From Verrucomicrobiia bacterium (lineage in GTDB: Bacteria > Patescibacteriota > Saccharimonadia > Saccharimonadales > JAGQNK01), in assembly GCA_035489575.1 (NCBI GenBank), contig DATHJY010000013.1, forward strand, positions 155,346 through 219,345: a stretch of 64,000 bases of DNA, written 5' to 3'. Shown here piece by piece: positions 18,179-27,041 of this stretch. Under the pieces are notes generated by a model. That model was not told where the DNA came from, searched no databases, and saw only the letters and a program-made list of their open reading frames with translations. The first letter of the stretch is position 1, and every line of letters starts with the position of its first letter. The position numbers were made by a program, and so were the translations under genes.

Positions 18179-18207
18179 ATTTTACACTATTTTATATTAA
18201 AAGTCAA
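18179..18207 (-). promoter_or_regulatory. sigma70-type promoter TTGACT-17-TAAAAT for island I3
   Basis: -35 at 18202-18207 and -10 at 18179-18184 (minus strand), 17-nt spacer. Confidence 0.55.
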
Positions 18208-18264
18208 TCATCGTCTGTACTCAGCATAAAAGAAGCTTCGAACAGTATTTAGATATTTGTCAAA

Positions 18265-18504
18265 ATGTCATTATTGCATATCATGATAGGTATGATCGAG
18301 TCCGAGGTAACCGAACGCAGGAGTATTGAAGCCACTATGCCTGATGTGGCTCAGCAGCTGGTAGGTATAGGCACAGAGATCGAGACTGCACAGGAAGCGG
18401 CTGCAGTAGCTAGCGAGCTGCTCGCAGTGCGGCACGAGCTGGGTGATGACCGGATTGGTCTGCAGGGCGAGCGGATGCTAGAGGGATTCGAGGCCCCACA
18501 CTGA
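18265..18504 (+). CDS. small hypothetical protein
   Basis: 79-aa ORF immediately upstream of, and probably co-transcribed with, 18509-20614. Start uncertain. Confidence 0.4.
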   Translation: MSLLHIMIGMIESEVTERRSIEATMPDVAQQLVGIGTEIETAQEAAAVASELLAVRHELGDDRIGLQGERMLEGFEAPH

Positions 18505-18508
18505 TCTG

Positions 18509-20614
18509 ATGCTTCGGGTAGGCAAAACCATCCTTGAACTAGGGTCTAGCGCAGCAGGAATAGCGATTGTGCAACATGTGACTTACCGCAGTGGGGAAGC
18601 CACGCCCGGTCGGTTCAAGCGCTCACCTAAATTTCGCCGTTTTATGGGTGACTGCCAGCGACTAGCCCGAGCGGTTCTGGACGAAGACGAACCAGATGTA
18701 GTCGGCGCGACCAACGCCGCAGATCTGTCTATCCCTGGCTGGCTACGCGACCAACGCCGCACCGATTCCAGCCTGACCAACCAACTGCCCCTGGCCGAAC
18801 TGCACAATCAGACCAAGCAAGTACACCAACGGGCCACAGAAACAGTTACACCTGCCGACGCGGCTCTATTTGTAGCACGGACTTTTGTGGATTCGGTAGC
18901 CCTGTTCGATGCCTGTGACCCAGACAGCCTGGACCAGGTGCGAGCCGCACTGTCAGAAGAGCAGGACTGGAACCCCATATTCTACAAGCAACCCTGGCAA
19001 CAAGCCCTGATCATGGCTGGGTCGTTAGTGGACAACGATCCTGACAACGGCTATGCCAGATTGGCTACCGTCCACACCGTTCTCTTGGGATTTGTTGACC
19101 CAGACCGTCTAGAAGGCCGCGCCAAGAGCAGCGACGGTGGGCTATTCAAAAGACTTCGGCAGCGCCGACTGGGCCTGGACCCAGCAGCGTCACCCTTGCC
19201 CCAAATACACAAGACTATCACCGCCAACTACCAGACCTTGCGTGGCGACATAGACAGTTTGGCAGTACAGTGGGGGGACTGTTTTGCAGACGGATACCAG
19301 CAAGTACGAACAACTCGAGAATCCCTATTAGAGGCACTGGCTGGCCGAGACCTTAGCTCGCCCGATGCCATGCTGGGTGCGCTCTCCCTAGAAAAACTCC
19401 TGACCGCCGGGACACTGCAGTTGTGGGAAAAGCGGCCCCGGTTCCGGCAGATGCAGCCGCTGGCAGCCGTCACTGGTGAACTCGCACTACACGAGGCACT
19501 GGCCCGGGCCATAGAAGTCGAGGGTGTCGAGGCACGCCGACAGCAAGTTCAAACATTGCTGACCGAACATGCCGAGGTACACGCGCCGTACGAGCTATCG
19601 CGCACCAACTTCCGCAAGCTGGTCGATCCCGACAGTCGGTATGTCCGCCAACTGATGGATGGCTTTGGCTCGGAGCTGGTGGGCCGAGCGCGGATTGCTC
19701 CTGTAGATAAAAGTTTTGCCCGTGACTTCCTGACCATGATGTATGTGGTCAACGAACGGCTAGCCACTACCGATCATCAGGTTGTTTTTGACGAACTACT
19801 AGAGGACGCGCAGCGCCTAGAAACAATTCGGACCGACCTGGAAGATCTCAGAGCCGCCCACCGCCTGGAGCGCCCAACTCCCCAGTTGCAGCAGGTACTG
19901 AGCTGGTACTTGGCTAACGAGCTCATCCTAACCAGCTCCTACATCAAACTACTGCCAGACTTTGCCCAAAATGTCATAAAACAGTTTGATGCCTACTGGA
20001 ACGAAACCCAGGGCGAAGAGGCTGTCGCTACAGATGAGACCAAACAGGCAATCGAGCCACTGCCCGCATCCGACCCACGACGGGCAGCCATCTTAGAAAT
20101 TATTAACAAATCCACCCCCTTAAACTTCCGGGTTTTCCCACCTGGAGTCAGCATGTCCGAGCTGCGCGGCGAACTAGAAGCGCATTTGGCCACGGACAAA
20201 AAGGCGCTCCAGCGCGTAGAGTGGGAGCGGCTGGAAACAATGCATGAACTCTATCTACAACTGGGAGCAATCGATGATATCACGGCTACTCTCTACCGGG
20301 CCTTACCCGGTTCGCTCAAGCAAAAGATCCCGTACTTTGTGCTAGAGCTGAAGTTTAAGCACCCCGAAAAAAAGATCGAACAAATCGTCACTGTGGGCGA
20401 CAATCCACTGTACGGCAACGCTGCCTATGCCTACGCGGAGCGCCCGTACCTGAAATGGCGCGAACTCTATCGCTTGTCCAAGGCCAACGCCCAGGCTCAC
20501 GGTGCCGAGGCGCTTCGTCACCCCCACGGCAGCGATATGCGTAGACACCGCATGCGAATGGTAGCCAGCATCCAGGCTTTGGCCGCCCAGGCAGCTGCCG
20601 CGGCCGAAGAATAA
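18509..20614 (+). CDS. large hypothetical protein (701 aa)
   Basis: Uninterrupted ORF, helical-looking, no motif recognised. Confidence 0.65.
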   Translation: MLRVGKTILELGSSAAGIAIVQHVTYRSGEATPGRFKRSPKFRRFMGDCQRLARAVLDEDEPDVVGATNAADLSIPGWLRDQRRTDSSLTNQLPLAELHNQTKQVHQRATETVTPADAALFVARTFVDSVALFDACDPDSLDQVRAALSEEQDWNPIFYKQPWQQALIMAGSLVDNDPDNGYARLATVHTVLLGFVDPDRLEGRAKSSDGGLFKRLRQRRLGLDPAASPLPQIHKTITANYQTLRGDIDSLAVQWGDCFADGYQQVRTTRESLLEALAGRDLSSPDAMLGALSLEKLLTAGTLQLWEKRPRFRQMQPLAAVTGELALHEALARAIEVEGVEARRQQVQTLLTEHAEVHAPYELSRTNFRKLVDPDSRYVRQLMDGFGSELVGRARIAPVDKSFARDFLTMMYVVNERLATTDHQVVFDELLEDAQRLETIRTDLEDLRAAHRLERPTPQLQQVLSWYLANELILTSSYIKLLPDFAQNVIKQFDAYWNETQGEEAVATDETKQAIEPLPASDPRRAAILEIINKSTPLNFRVFPPGVSMSELRGELEAHLATDKKALQRVEWERLETMHELYLQLGAIDDITATLYRALPGSLKQKIPYFVLELKFKHPEKKIEQIVTVGDNPLYGNAAYAYAERPYLKWRELYRLSKANAQAHGAEALRHPHGSDMRRHRMRMVASIQALAAQAAAAAEE

Positions 20615-20647
20615 AATTACCACGTAGTTTACCCTTACGAACCGGTA

Positions 20648-21937
20648 ATGGTAAACTACATGGTAATGATGGATGACATAAAGCCGTCTCGGCCGCGCCC
20701 AGAGGCGTCGCCAGAAATGGCACACACAAAAACCAATATCAAAAACGTAGCGGTCATGCCAGCACCGGCTTTTGTAACACCCGAACAAGCCGCAGAGGCT
20801 GACATGGGTGGTCCGCCGCCCACGCAGCCGACCACCTTTCATCGGCATGCACCGCCAAAAGGACGGGGGCCAAAGGCTTGGCTGGCCAAGTGGAAACACC
20901 TCAGCCGCAACAAGAAAATCATTATATTGAGTATCATTGCCGGACTGCTCATTGCCGGCGGACTCATTTGGTGGTTTGTATTACGTGACAAACCGCAGCC
21001 CGCCAAACCTGCCACCAAACAAGAAGCCAAAGTAGAGGAGCCACCCAAGCCCACCACCGTCGCCTCTCGCCTGACAGGTGTACAGGTTGCCCCCGAGCTC
21101 AATAATTTGCCCATGACCGGTGTCATGATAGAAAACAGCCCAGATGCCCGCCCCCAGGCCGGCCTGTACGACGCAGGCGTTGTCTACGAGGCAATCGCCG
21201 AGGGCGGTATAACTCGTTTCCTGGCCCTATTCTTAGAGACCAAGCCCGGATATATCGGGCCCGTGCGCTCTGTGCGGCCATATTTCCTGGATTTCTTGGT
21301 GCCCTATGATGCTGCTATCGCTCATGCCGGCGGCAGTGGTGAAGCCCTGGCCCAGATCAAGCGCGAACAGATAAAAGACATCGACCACGGCGCCAACGGC
21401 AGCACCTTCCAGCGTGTCAATAACCGCTTTGCACCCCACAATCTCTATACCAGCCGAGACGCACTGCTAACCGCCCAAAGCGCCAGGGGGTACAACAGCA
21501 GTAACTTCAGTGGCTTTGTTCGCAAGGCCGACAAACAAGTTTCGCCAGCCACAGCCCGGACTATCGACCTGACTATTAGCGGCTTCCTCTACAACCCGCA
21601 CTTTGACTACGACGCCACCAACAATACCTACTACCGCAGCGAGGGTGGCAAGCCACATATGGACGAGAAAGCAGCCAAACAGATCAATCCCAAGGTGATC
21701 GTAGTGCTGGTTATGTCACACCGTTACGCCGGAGTGTACTCGCAGTACGGCACTACGGGTTCGGGCAAGGCTTATTTCTTCCAAGATGGCACCATGACCG
21801 AAGGCATATGGGAGAAGTCGCAGCGTAATAGCCAATTCAAGTTTGGCGATGCTAACGGGGCCCCGCTTGCCCTCAATGCCGGGCAAACATGGGTGTCTAT
21901 AGTAAGTTCAGCCGGAGCAGTAGTAGCAAAGCCATAG
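20648..21937 (+). CDS. DUF3048-like (YerB-type) membrane-anchored protein
   Basis: One TM segment, a Pro/Lys linker, then GVMIENSPDARPQAGLYDAGVVYEAIAEGGITRFLALF, which is typical of DUF3048. Start among several Met codons at 20648-20671. Confidence 0.6.
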   Translation: MVNYMVMMDDIKPSRPRPEASPEMAHTKTNIKNVAVMPAPAFVTPEQAAEADMGGPPPTQPTTFHRHAPPKGRGPKAWLAKWKHLSRNKKIIILSIIAGLLIAGGLIWWFVLRDKPQPAKPATKQEAKVEEPPKPTTVASRLTGVQVAPELNNLPMTGVMIENSPDARPQAGLYDAGVVYEAIAEGGITRFLALFLETKPGYIGPVRSVRPYFLDFLVPYDAAIAHAGGSGEALAQIKREQIKDIDHGANGSTFQRVNNRFAPHNLYTSRDALLTAQSARGYNSSNFSGFVRKADKQVSPATARTIDLTISGFLYNPHFDYDATNNTYYRSEGGKPHMDEKAAKQINPKVIVVLVMSHRYAGVYSQYGTTGSGKAYFFQDGTMTEGIWEKSQRNSQFKFGDANGAPLALNAGQTWVSIVSSAGAVVAKP

Positions 21938-22112
21938 AAAGGGAAGTACCCCGCTCCACCCACCATGACCACCTCAGACTCACCTCAGCGCACAGGAGCA
22001 CTCCCGCAGATCCGCTCCGCACTCATCGTAGCTACGGCTACGACTCGTTTACGGTGCGTTCCACAGCAGCACTCCCGCACAGCTGACGAGAGCCTGAGGC
22101 TGGCCACAGTAG

Positions 22113-23663
22113 GTGGAGCAGGGTACTAGGGTGGACAATTTTCAGAAGCTGGAGCGCAAAGCTTACACCTACCTCATAGTGCTGCATTGTCTGTTGATAG
22201 TCTTTGCCTTGTCCATATGGCTGGTCGGAACCCAGTTTGGCCTTCCTCCAGTGGTGATAGTCTCGACAGACGCCATCGTTACGCTAGTACTGGCCCATTT
22301 TGCCGCCAAAGCTGGCAGCAGCTACCTCATGAAACCCCTCAAGGCCCTGTGGCAGGCAATATTGCACGTAGCGCCCGACACAACAACAGTAGCCGCCCCC
22401 AATATGACCGAGCTGCGCATGGGTCGCGAGCTCATCACCTCACTGGCCAATCGAGTGTATCAGTTTGCCAGCCAAGAAGATGGCCGAGACCTAGCCACTC
22501 ACCGCAAGTCAATTCTGCAAGCCGTTAACGTAGTTAGCCGGTTTCCGCTGCCCGTCTTTGTGTTTAACAAAGAACAATTTGTTACCAACGCCAGCCTAAA
22601 AGCCCTGGAATACCTCCAACTGGAAAGCCCACAGGTGTTTGGACAACGCATTTTCGACAGCGTTAACTTTGAATTTCCCAGCGAATTTACACTGGAAAAG
22701 TGGATTGATGATTGCCAGCAAAACAAAGTAACCGACCAAGCCTACTGGGAGCGCGTCCATGTGGTTTTACGGGACGGCAAGACCGTAAAGCAGTGTGACA
22801 TTGCCGCCTACTACAACCGAGACAACGAAAGTGGCACCGAATTCATCGTGACCCTCTTTGACCACACAGAAGAGTACAGCAAAGACGATCAGTCGCTAAG
22901 CTTTGTGGCCTTGGCCGTACATGAACTGCGTACCCCACTGACGGTTATGCGCGGCTACATAGAGGTGTTCGAAGAAGAATTAGAAGGCAAGCTAGACGAC
23001 GAACTGCAAACCTACATGGATCGCTTGCGTGTCTCTGCAGATCAGTTATCTGCTTTTGTAGGCAATATCTTGAACGTTGTCAAAATAGAAGAAAACCAGC
23101 TGTCGCTACAGATGGTAGAAGGCACGTGGGAGTCGCTCCTGAGAACTGCCTCGCTCCCTATGCAAAACCACGCCCAGGCTCTTGGCAAGTCTATAACCTT
23201 CACCATAGAGCCCAATCTGCCCACGGTGGCAGCTGACCCCGTCAGCATTTCACAAGTGGTGAACAACCTGCTGGACAATGCCATCAAGTACAGCAACACC
23301 ACTACCGAGATTATCGTTACCTCATCCTTAAACCAAGAGGGAATGGTAGAGACAACCGTACAAGATTTTGGCGTAGGTATTCCAGAAAGCGTGCTGCCCA
23401 ACCTGTTTGAGAAGTTTTATCGCAACCACCGCACCAAGGCGCAAATCGGCGGAACGGGCCTGGGACTGTACCTGAGCAAGGCCATTGTAGACGCCCACGG
23501 TGGAAACATTTGGGTCCGCTCCAAGCCAGGGAAGGGCAGTAGCTTTAGCTTTACCCTACAACCCTACGCTCAGCTTGCTGACGAAGTAAAAAACAGTAAT
23601 AATACAGACATTGTGCGCCACGCCCATGGCTGGATAAAAAATCACTCGTTGTATCGAAAATAA
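22113..23663 (+). CDS. sensor histidine kinase
   Basis: Two N-terminal TM segments, H-box HELRTPLTVMRGY, N/G boxes (DNAIKYS, DFGVGIP, GGTGLGL). Confidence 0.85.
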   Translation: MEQGTRVDNFQKLERKAYTYLIVLHCLLIVFALSIWLVGTQFGLPPVVIVSTDAIVTLVLAHFAAKAGSSYLMKPLKALWQAILHVAPDTTTVAAPNMTELRMGRELITSLANRVYQFASQEDGRDLATHRKSILQAVNVVSRFPLPVFVFNKEQFVTNASLKALEYLQLESPQVFGQRIFDSVNFEFPSEFTLEKWIDDCQQNKVTDQAYWERVHVVLRDGKTVKQCDIAAYYNRDNESGTEFIVTLFDHTEEYSKDDQSLSFVALAVHELRTPLTVMRGYIEVFEEELEGKLDDELQTYMDRLRVSADQLSAFVGNILNVVKIEENQLSLQMVEGTWESLLRTASLPMQNHAQALGKSITFTIEPNLPTVAADPVSISQVVNNLLDNAIKYSNTTTEIIVTSSLNQEGMVETTVQDFGVGIPESVLPNLFEKFYRNHRTKAQIGGTGLGLYLSKAIVDAHGGNIWVRSKPGKGSSFSFTLQPYAQLADEVKNSNNTDIVRHAHGWIKNHSLYRK

Positions 23664-23684
23664 CCACAGCCACGCACCACAAAA

Positions 23685-23720
23685 GCACAGAGGGGCTTTG
23701 CCCCTCTGTGCTTTTGTTTT
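23685..23720 (+). terminator. rho-independent terminator after the kinase gene
   Basis: Stem gcacagagggg/cccctctgtgc (23685-23695 with 23701-23711), followed by cttttgtttt. Confidence 0.75.
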
Positions 23721-23850
23721 CAGGCACTAGACCTGATTTTCGCCTGCGTTACTCCTGGGCAGTGCCTTTTGCACAGCCCGGTCCGTTACTCGTCGAGAAA
23801 TCAACCCTAGCACCCGAATGCATGGCTGTGGACGTGCTACTATTTAATGA

Positions 23851-24240
23851 ATGGATGAACCAATATCCCAAACTGTTAAAAAAGTTCTCTGCATAGAGGA
23901 CGAACACTTTATAAACGAGCTCTATGAACGCGCTCTGAAAAAAGCCGGCTACCAGGTAAAGATGATCATAGACGGGGAAGAGGGCCTGCACGAAGCCCTG
24001 ACCGATATTTACGACATTATCCTGCTGGACATTATGATCCCCAACATGACCGGCACCGAGGTGCTCAAACGCTTGCGAGCCGAAAAACCAGACCTAAAGG
24101 CAAAGATCGTCATAACCACCAACCTCGAGATGGGCGACGAAGACCGGGCCGCCATAGAGAGCCAAGCCGACGGCTATGTAGTCAAGGCCGAGATGACTCC
24201 ACGACAACTGGCCGAGTTTTTAGGCCAGCTCAACACCTAG
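23851..24240 (+). CDS. single-domain response regulator (CheY-like receiver)
   Basis: KVLCIEDE...ILLDIMIPNMTG...K(IVITT) receiver signature; 129 aa. Confidence 0.85.
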   Translation: MDEPISQTVKKVLCIEDEHFINELYERALKKAGYQVKMIIDGEEGLHEALTDIYDIILLDIMIPNMTGTEVLKRLRAEKPDLKAKIVITTNLEMGDEDRAAIESQADGYVVKAEMTPRQLAEFLGQLNT

Positions 24241-24277
24241 GCACGCGGACTTGCCACTATCTCCTCTCTATTTAATT

Positions 24278-24306
24278 TTGCAAAAATATAAAAAATGTGT
24301 TAAAGT
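24278..24306 (+). promoter_or_regulatory. sigma70-type promoter TTGCAA-17-TAAAGT
   Basis: -35 at 24278-24283, 17-nt spacer, -10 at 24301-24306. Upstream of ORF 24382-24603. Confidence 0.5.
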
Positions 24307-24381
24307 AACATAACTTCTACATCACCATTGTGTCGAAGATTCTTTGTCGGCAACAGAACAACAATCTCTCCGGAGGTAGCC

Positions 24382-24603
24382 GTGTCCTTTCAAGATCACT
24401 CCGTCCTAGTCCCTCACCTCCCTCTCAAGAAGAGAGAGATCCCCAGCGAGCCCGAAGACTGCGACGAGATCGCACGAATCGCCCAAGCCTTCTGGGAAGG
24501 AACTCTCGAGTGCCTTCCGAAGGGCTACACACCCAGCGAGTGGAGATCTGCAGTAACCCGCAAGCCTAACTGCTCCGCGATGATGCTGATCTACAACACC
24601 TGA
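24382..24603 (+). CDS. small hypothetical protein (island I4, moderately GC-rich)
   Basis: GTG 24382 is preceded by GGAGG (24372-24376) at 5-nt spacing and is in frame with track ORF 24328-24603. Confidence 0.5.
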   Translation: MSFQDHSVLVPHLPLKKREIPSEPEDCDEIARIAQAFWEGTLECLPKGYTPSEWRSAVTRKPNCSAMMLIYNT

Positions 24604-24625
24604 TCGCCCTACGCACGCCACCACC

Positions 24626-24724
24626 AAGATGCCACCGCCGCGCGTGGAACTCGGCCACCAGCCGAGCACCACGCGCCGGTGGCGCATCTTATCCGTGAGG
24701 AACTCCTGTTGTTTTTGTCTTTTA
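24626..24724 (+). terminator. large GC-rich hairpin plus T-rich tract
   Basis: 24626-24647 pairs imperfectly with 24669-24690 (~20 bp), with an inner hairpin ctcggc/gccgag, followed by tgttgtttttgtctttt. Confidence 0.55.
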
Positions 24725-24833
24725 CGTCCTAGAGCCGCCCGCATACTGGCACCCCGCTCCGTAAAACCCCCGTTGCCGACAAAAACACCTTATTATTCTG
24801 TGCGCAAAGGGGATACTTCTCAAGCTTAAGGTA

Positions 24834-24861
24834 TTGTATATTCTGATAAATATTGTAAAAT
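24834..24861 (+). promoter_or_regulatory. sigma70-type promoter TTGTAT-16-TAAAAT for island I5
   Basis: -35 at 24834-24839 and -10 at 24856-24861. Confidence 0.45.
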
Positions 24862-24867
24862 AGCTTG

Positions 24868-24907
24868 GTCATTCTGACATAGGTGCTAGGCCTACCCTAG
24901 AAGTGAA
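24868..24907 (+). promoter_or_regulatory. conserved leader element, copy A
   Basis: gtcattctgacat-aggtgctaggcctaccctagaagtgaa is nearly identical to 25969-26012. It contains the palindrome GTCAttcTGAC, the hairpin ctagg/cctag, and AAGUGAA. Confidence 0.6.
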
Positions 24908-24951
24908 CGCAGGGCCTCCCTGCAGTTTGCGCCGTTCCCTGAGGAGGGGAC

Positions 24952-25125
24952 ATGTTCAAGTTGTTCCTGTTCCTGGTTGTCATCGTCGTCACCGTCGTCA
25001 CCGTCTACGTGATGGCCAGCCTCCTGGCTGCGGTCGTCGCCGGGTTCATCCTGGTCGTCGGCACGCTGGCCTACCTGATCATCGGTGGCAAGCGCCTCGT
25101 CGAGAGCCAGACCCCGGCCAGCTAA
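24952..25125 (+). CDS. 57-aa hydrophobic peptide, 2 TM (high-GC island I5); not in ORF track (<60 aa)
   Basis: ATG 24952 is preceded by GAGGAGGGGA. Sequence: MFKLFLFLVVIVVTVVTVYVMASLLAAVVAGFILVVGTLAYLIIGGKRLVESQTPAS. The overlapping 155-aa Arg-rich track ORF is a frame artefact. Confidence 0.6.
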   Translation: MFKLFLFLVVIVVTVVTVYVMASLLAAVVAGFILVVGTLAYLIIGGKRLVESQTPAS

Positions 25126-25319
25126 CCAGCGCCGCCGACGCCCCCCTCACACCCCGGACCTCTTACCGAGAGGATAAGTTCCTGCCAAAGGGACAAAGAC
25201 GGACTCTGTGCCCCAGAGACCCTCCACCACACCCCAAGAGACCATACACTTTGTACCCGCGCTTTCATGCGTTGGCCCCACACAGTGCATTTGGTCTCTT
25301 TTTACATACTGGGTATATC

Positions 25320-25328
25320 TGTTATAGA
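25320..25328 (+). promoter_or_regulatory. extended -10 promoter TGtTATAGA for island I6
   Basis: TG at 25320-25321 and hexamer at 25323-25328. The palindrome-like GTCAATCCTGACA follows at 25337-25349. Confidence 0.4.
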
Positions 25329-25371
25329 ATGAATCGGTCAATCCTGACACCGCGCACCCCCAAGGAGTGAA

Positions 25372-25863
25372 GTGGAACTATTACTCAATGCCTCCATCGC
25401 CGAGGACTCCATCCAGGACGCCGTCCCCACCATCGACAACATCGTCAGTGGTGGCCTGACCAACGGCAGCGACAAGCTGTACATCGTTGCCGGCTTCCGC
25501 AACCCGGACGGTACGGGTGGCATCCTGACCACCTTCGCCTACGGCGACAGAAGGGGATGGAAGTACCCCATCGACGACATCGCCCTCGGCAAGTTCGACA
25601 TCTCCGCAGCCACCGGCTTGCCCTCGCGCCTGGTACAGACCCAGGAACCCGAGCGTCTTCGTGACGGCGACGTCAAGTACGGCGGCAGCTGGGTCCTGGG
25701 ATCCATCGTGGTCGCCGCCTCCGGGTTTCCGTCCTACTGGGACGAGCAGATCTGTGCCATCATCTGCCACATCATGAGGGGCCGGGTGCACGTGCTGCGC
25801 GAGCGCCTAGAGAAGGCAGCAGGCGAGGACGTCTACCTCGTGCGCTCCCGGCTGGCGGCCTAG
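25372..25863 (+). CDS. hypothetical protein, possibly GlcG/DUF336-like (high-GC island I6)
   Basis: GTG start with AAGGAG 4 nt upstream; 163 aa. YGGSWVLGSIVVAASGFPSYWDEQICAI weakly resembles DUF336 blocks. Confidence 0.6.
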   Translation: MELLLNASIAEDSIQDAVPTIDNIVSGGLTNGSDKLYIVAGFRNPDGTGGILTTFAYGDRRGWKYPIDDIALGKFDISAATGLPSRLVQTQEPERLRDGDVKYGGSWVLGSIVVAASGFPSYWDEQICAIICHIMRGRVHVLRERLEKAAGEDVYLVRSRLAA

Positions 25864-25875
25864 GGGTCACCGCTA

Positions 25876-25943
25876 AAGGGTTTGAGCTGGTTGCTTGCTA
25901 TGCGCATGATGCGTGCAAGCGACCAGCTCACCCTTGATTTTTT
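25876..25943 (+). terminator. rho-independent terminator after island I6
   Basis: 25876-25898 pairs with 25915-25935 (~21 bp, two mismatches), followed by gatttttt. Confidence 0.75.
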
Positions 25944-25970
25944 AATAGAAATGTGTTAGAGTAGTATAGT
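25942..25970 (+). promoter_or_regulatory. sigma70-type promoter TTAATA-17-TATAGT for island I7
   Basis: -35 at 25942-25947 and -10 at 25965-25970. Confidence 0.45.
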
Positions 25971-26012
25971 CATTCTGACATGATAGGTGCTAGGCCTCCC
26001 CCTAGAAGTGAA
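25969..26012 (+). promoter_or_regulatory. conserved leader element, copy B
   Basis: gtcattctgacatgataggtgctaggcctccccctagaagtgaa. See copy A. Confidence 0.6.
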
Positions 26013-26061
26013 GACAGAGGTAATTCTCTGACTTTGCGCTCTCCCCACAAAGGAGACTCTC

Positions 26062-26547
26062 GTGCAAGAAGCCAAGTGGGCTGCCATCGGAGCTGTCTGG
26101 GCCGCGATCGTCCTGATCGTGTCAATCGGCGGCGGCGGCGGCGGAGTGCTGATCGTCGGCATTTGTGTGCCGCTCATCATCTTCGGCATCGTCCGTCTTG
26201 TCAATCGGTTCCGCAACAAGCCCGCCGAGAAGAAGACACTGACACCGGATGACAGGCGACGCCACGTCCGCAAGGAAGACCAAGCCACAGTGGACGCCCT
26301 GATCGACGCCGTCCAGGAACGGATCGACGACTACACCACCTCGACAGTGCCCGACTGGGAGACCTCCTACTCGCTGGTCGACAACGCCAGCAAGCAAGTG
26401 CCGAGGGCAATCGTCGAGAACGTCAGGGTCCACTTCGAGGACAACGGCTGGGAGACCGGTATCAAAGACGACGAACTCGTCGTACGCGACCCAAAGAACG
26501 CGCCCAAGCCAGCCACCCCGCCGACTGCGCCGTCCACCACCAGCTAG
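26062..26547 (+). CDS. hypothetical membrane protein (high-GC island I7)
   Basis: GTG start with AAAGGAGA upstream. Two N-terminal TM segments around a GGGGGG tract, then a cytoplasmic domain and a Pro-rich C-terminus. Confidence 0.65.
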   Translation: MQEAKWAAIGAVWAAIVLIVSIGGGGGGVLIVGICVPLIIFGIVRLVNRFRNKPAEKKTLTPDDRRRHVRKEDQATVDALIDAVQERIDDYTTSTVPDWETSYSLVDNASKQVPRAIVENVRVHFEDNGWETGIKDDELVVRDPKNAPKPATPPTAPSTTS

Positions 26548-27041
26548 ACCAGCTCCGGCTGATCAACGCGAGACTAGGGGTGTCTAGGATTTATAAGTGC
26601 TCCCGCATCGGAGCTGCCTAGACACCCCACCGTGGGACCAAGACTTTTGCTTTGCCACGCTTTCAAGCGTTGCACCCCCAAGCAAATATCTCGGTCCCTC
26701 TTTCTTTTTTGGTTTATACTAAGGGGAGTCATGGGAGTACTTTCTGGCAGAACCTATCCCAGACCTCCAGTCCCGCCCCAAAACCACTCATTCCGGCGCC
26801 AATCCGCCCTGACTTTCCAGCCGTAACTATGGTTACGCCTGAAAAGACCAGAACGAATTGTCATCCGAAATGTATCGGTTTTGGCATCGGGAGCGAGATC
26901 TGACATAGGCTCTAAGAATTTCCACCCCCAGGCTCTATCAATTACCTTGTCTTCGTTCTTCTGGACGATGGCTCTAGCCAGCCTCACTGGCTTCAAACCT
27001 AACTCTTTTTTATAACCTTCTAGTCTCGAAAGGTAATTGAT

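Noticed and set aside
24903-25370. 155-aa Arg/Pro-rich track ORF overlapping the 57-aa peptide gene.
   Set aside because: The composition is implausible and there is no ribosome-binding site. The alternative frame (24952-25125) has GAGGAGG plus ATG and encodes a clean 2-TM peptide.
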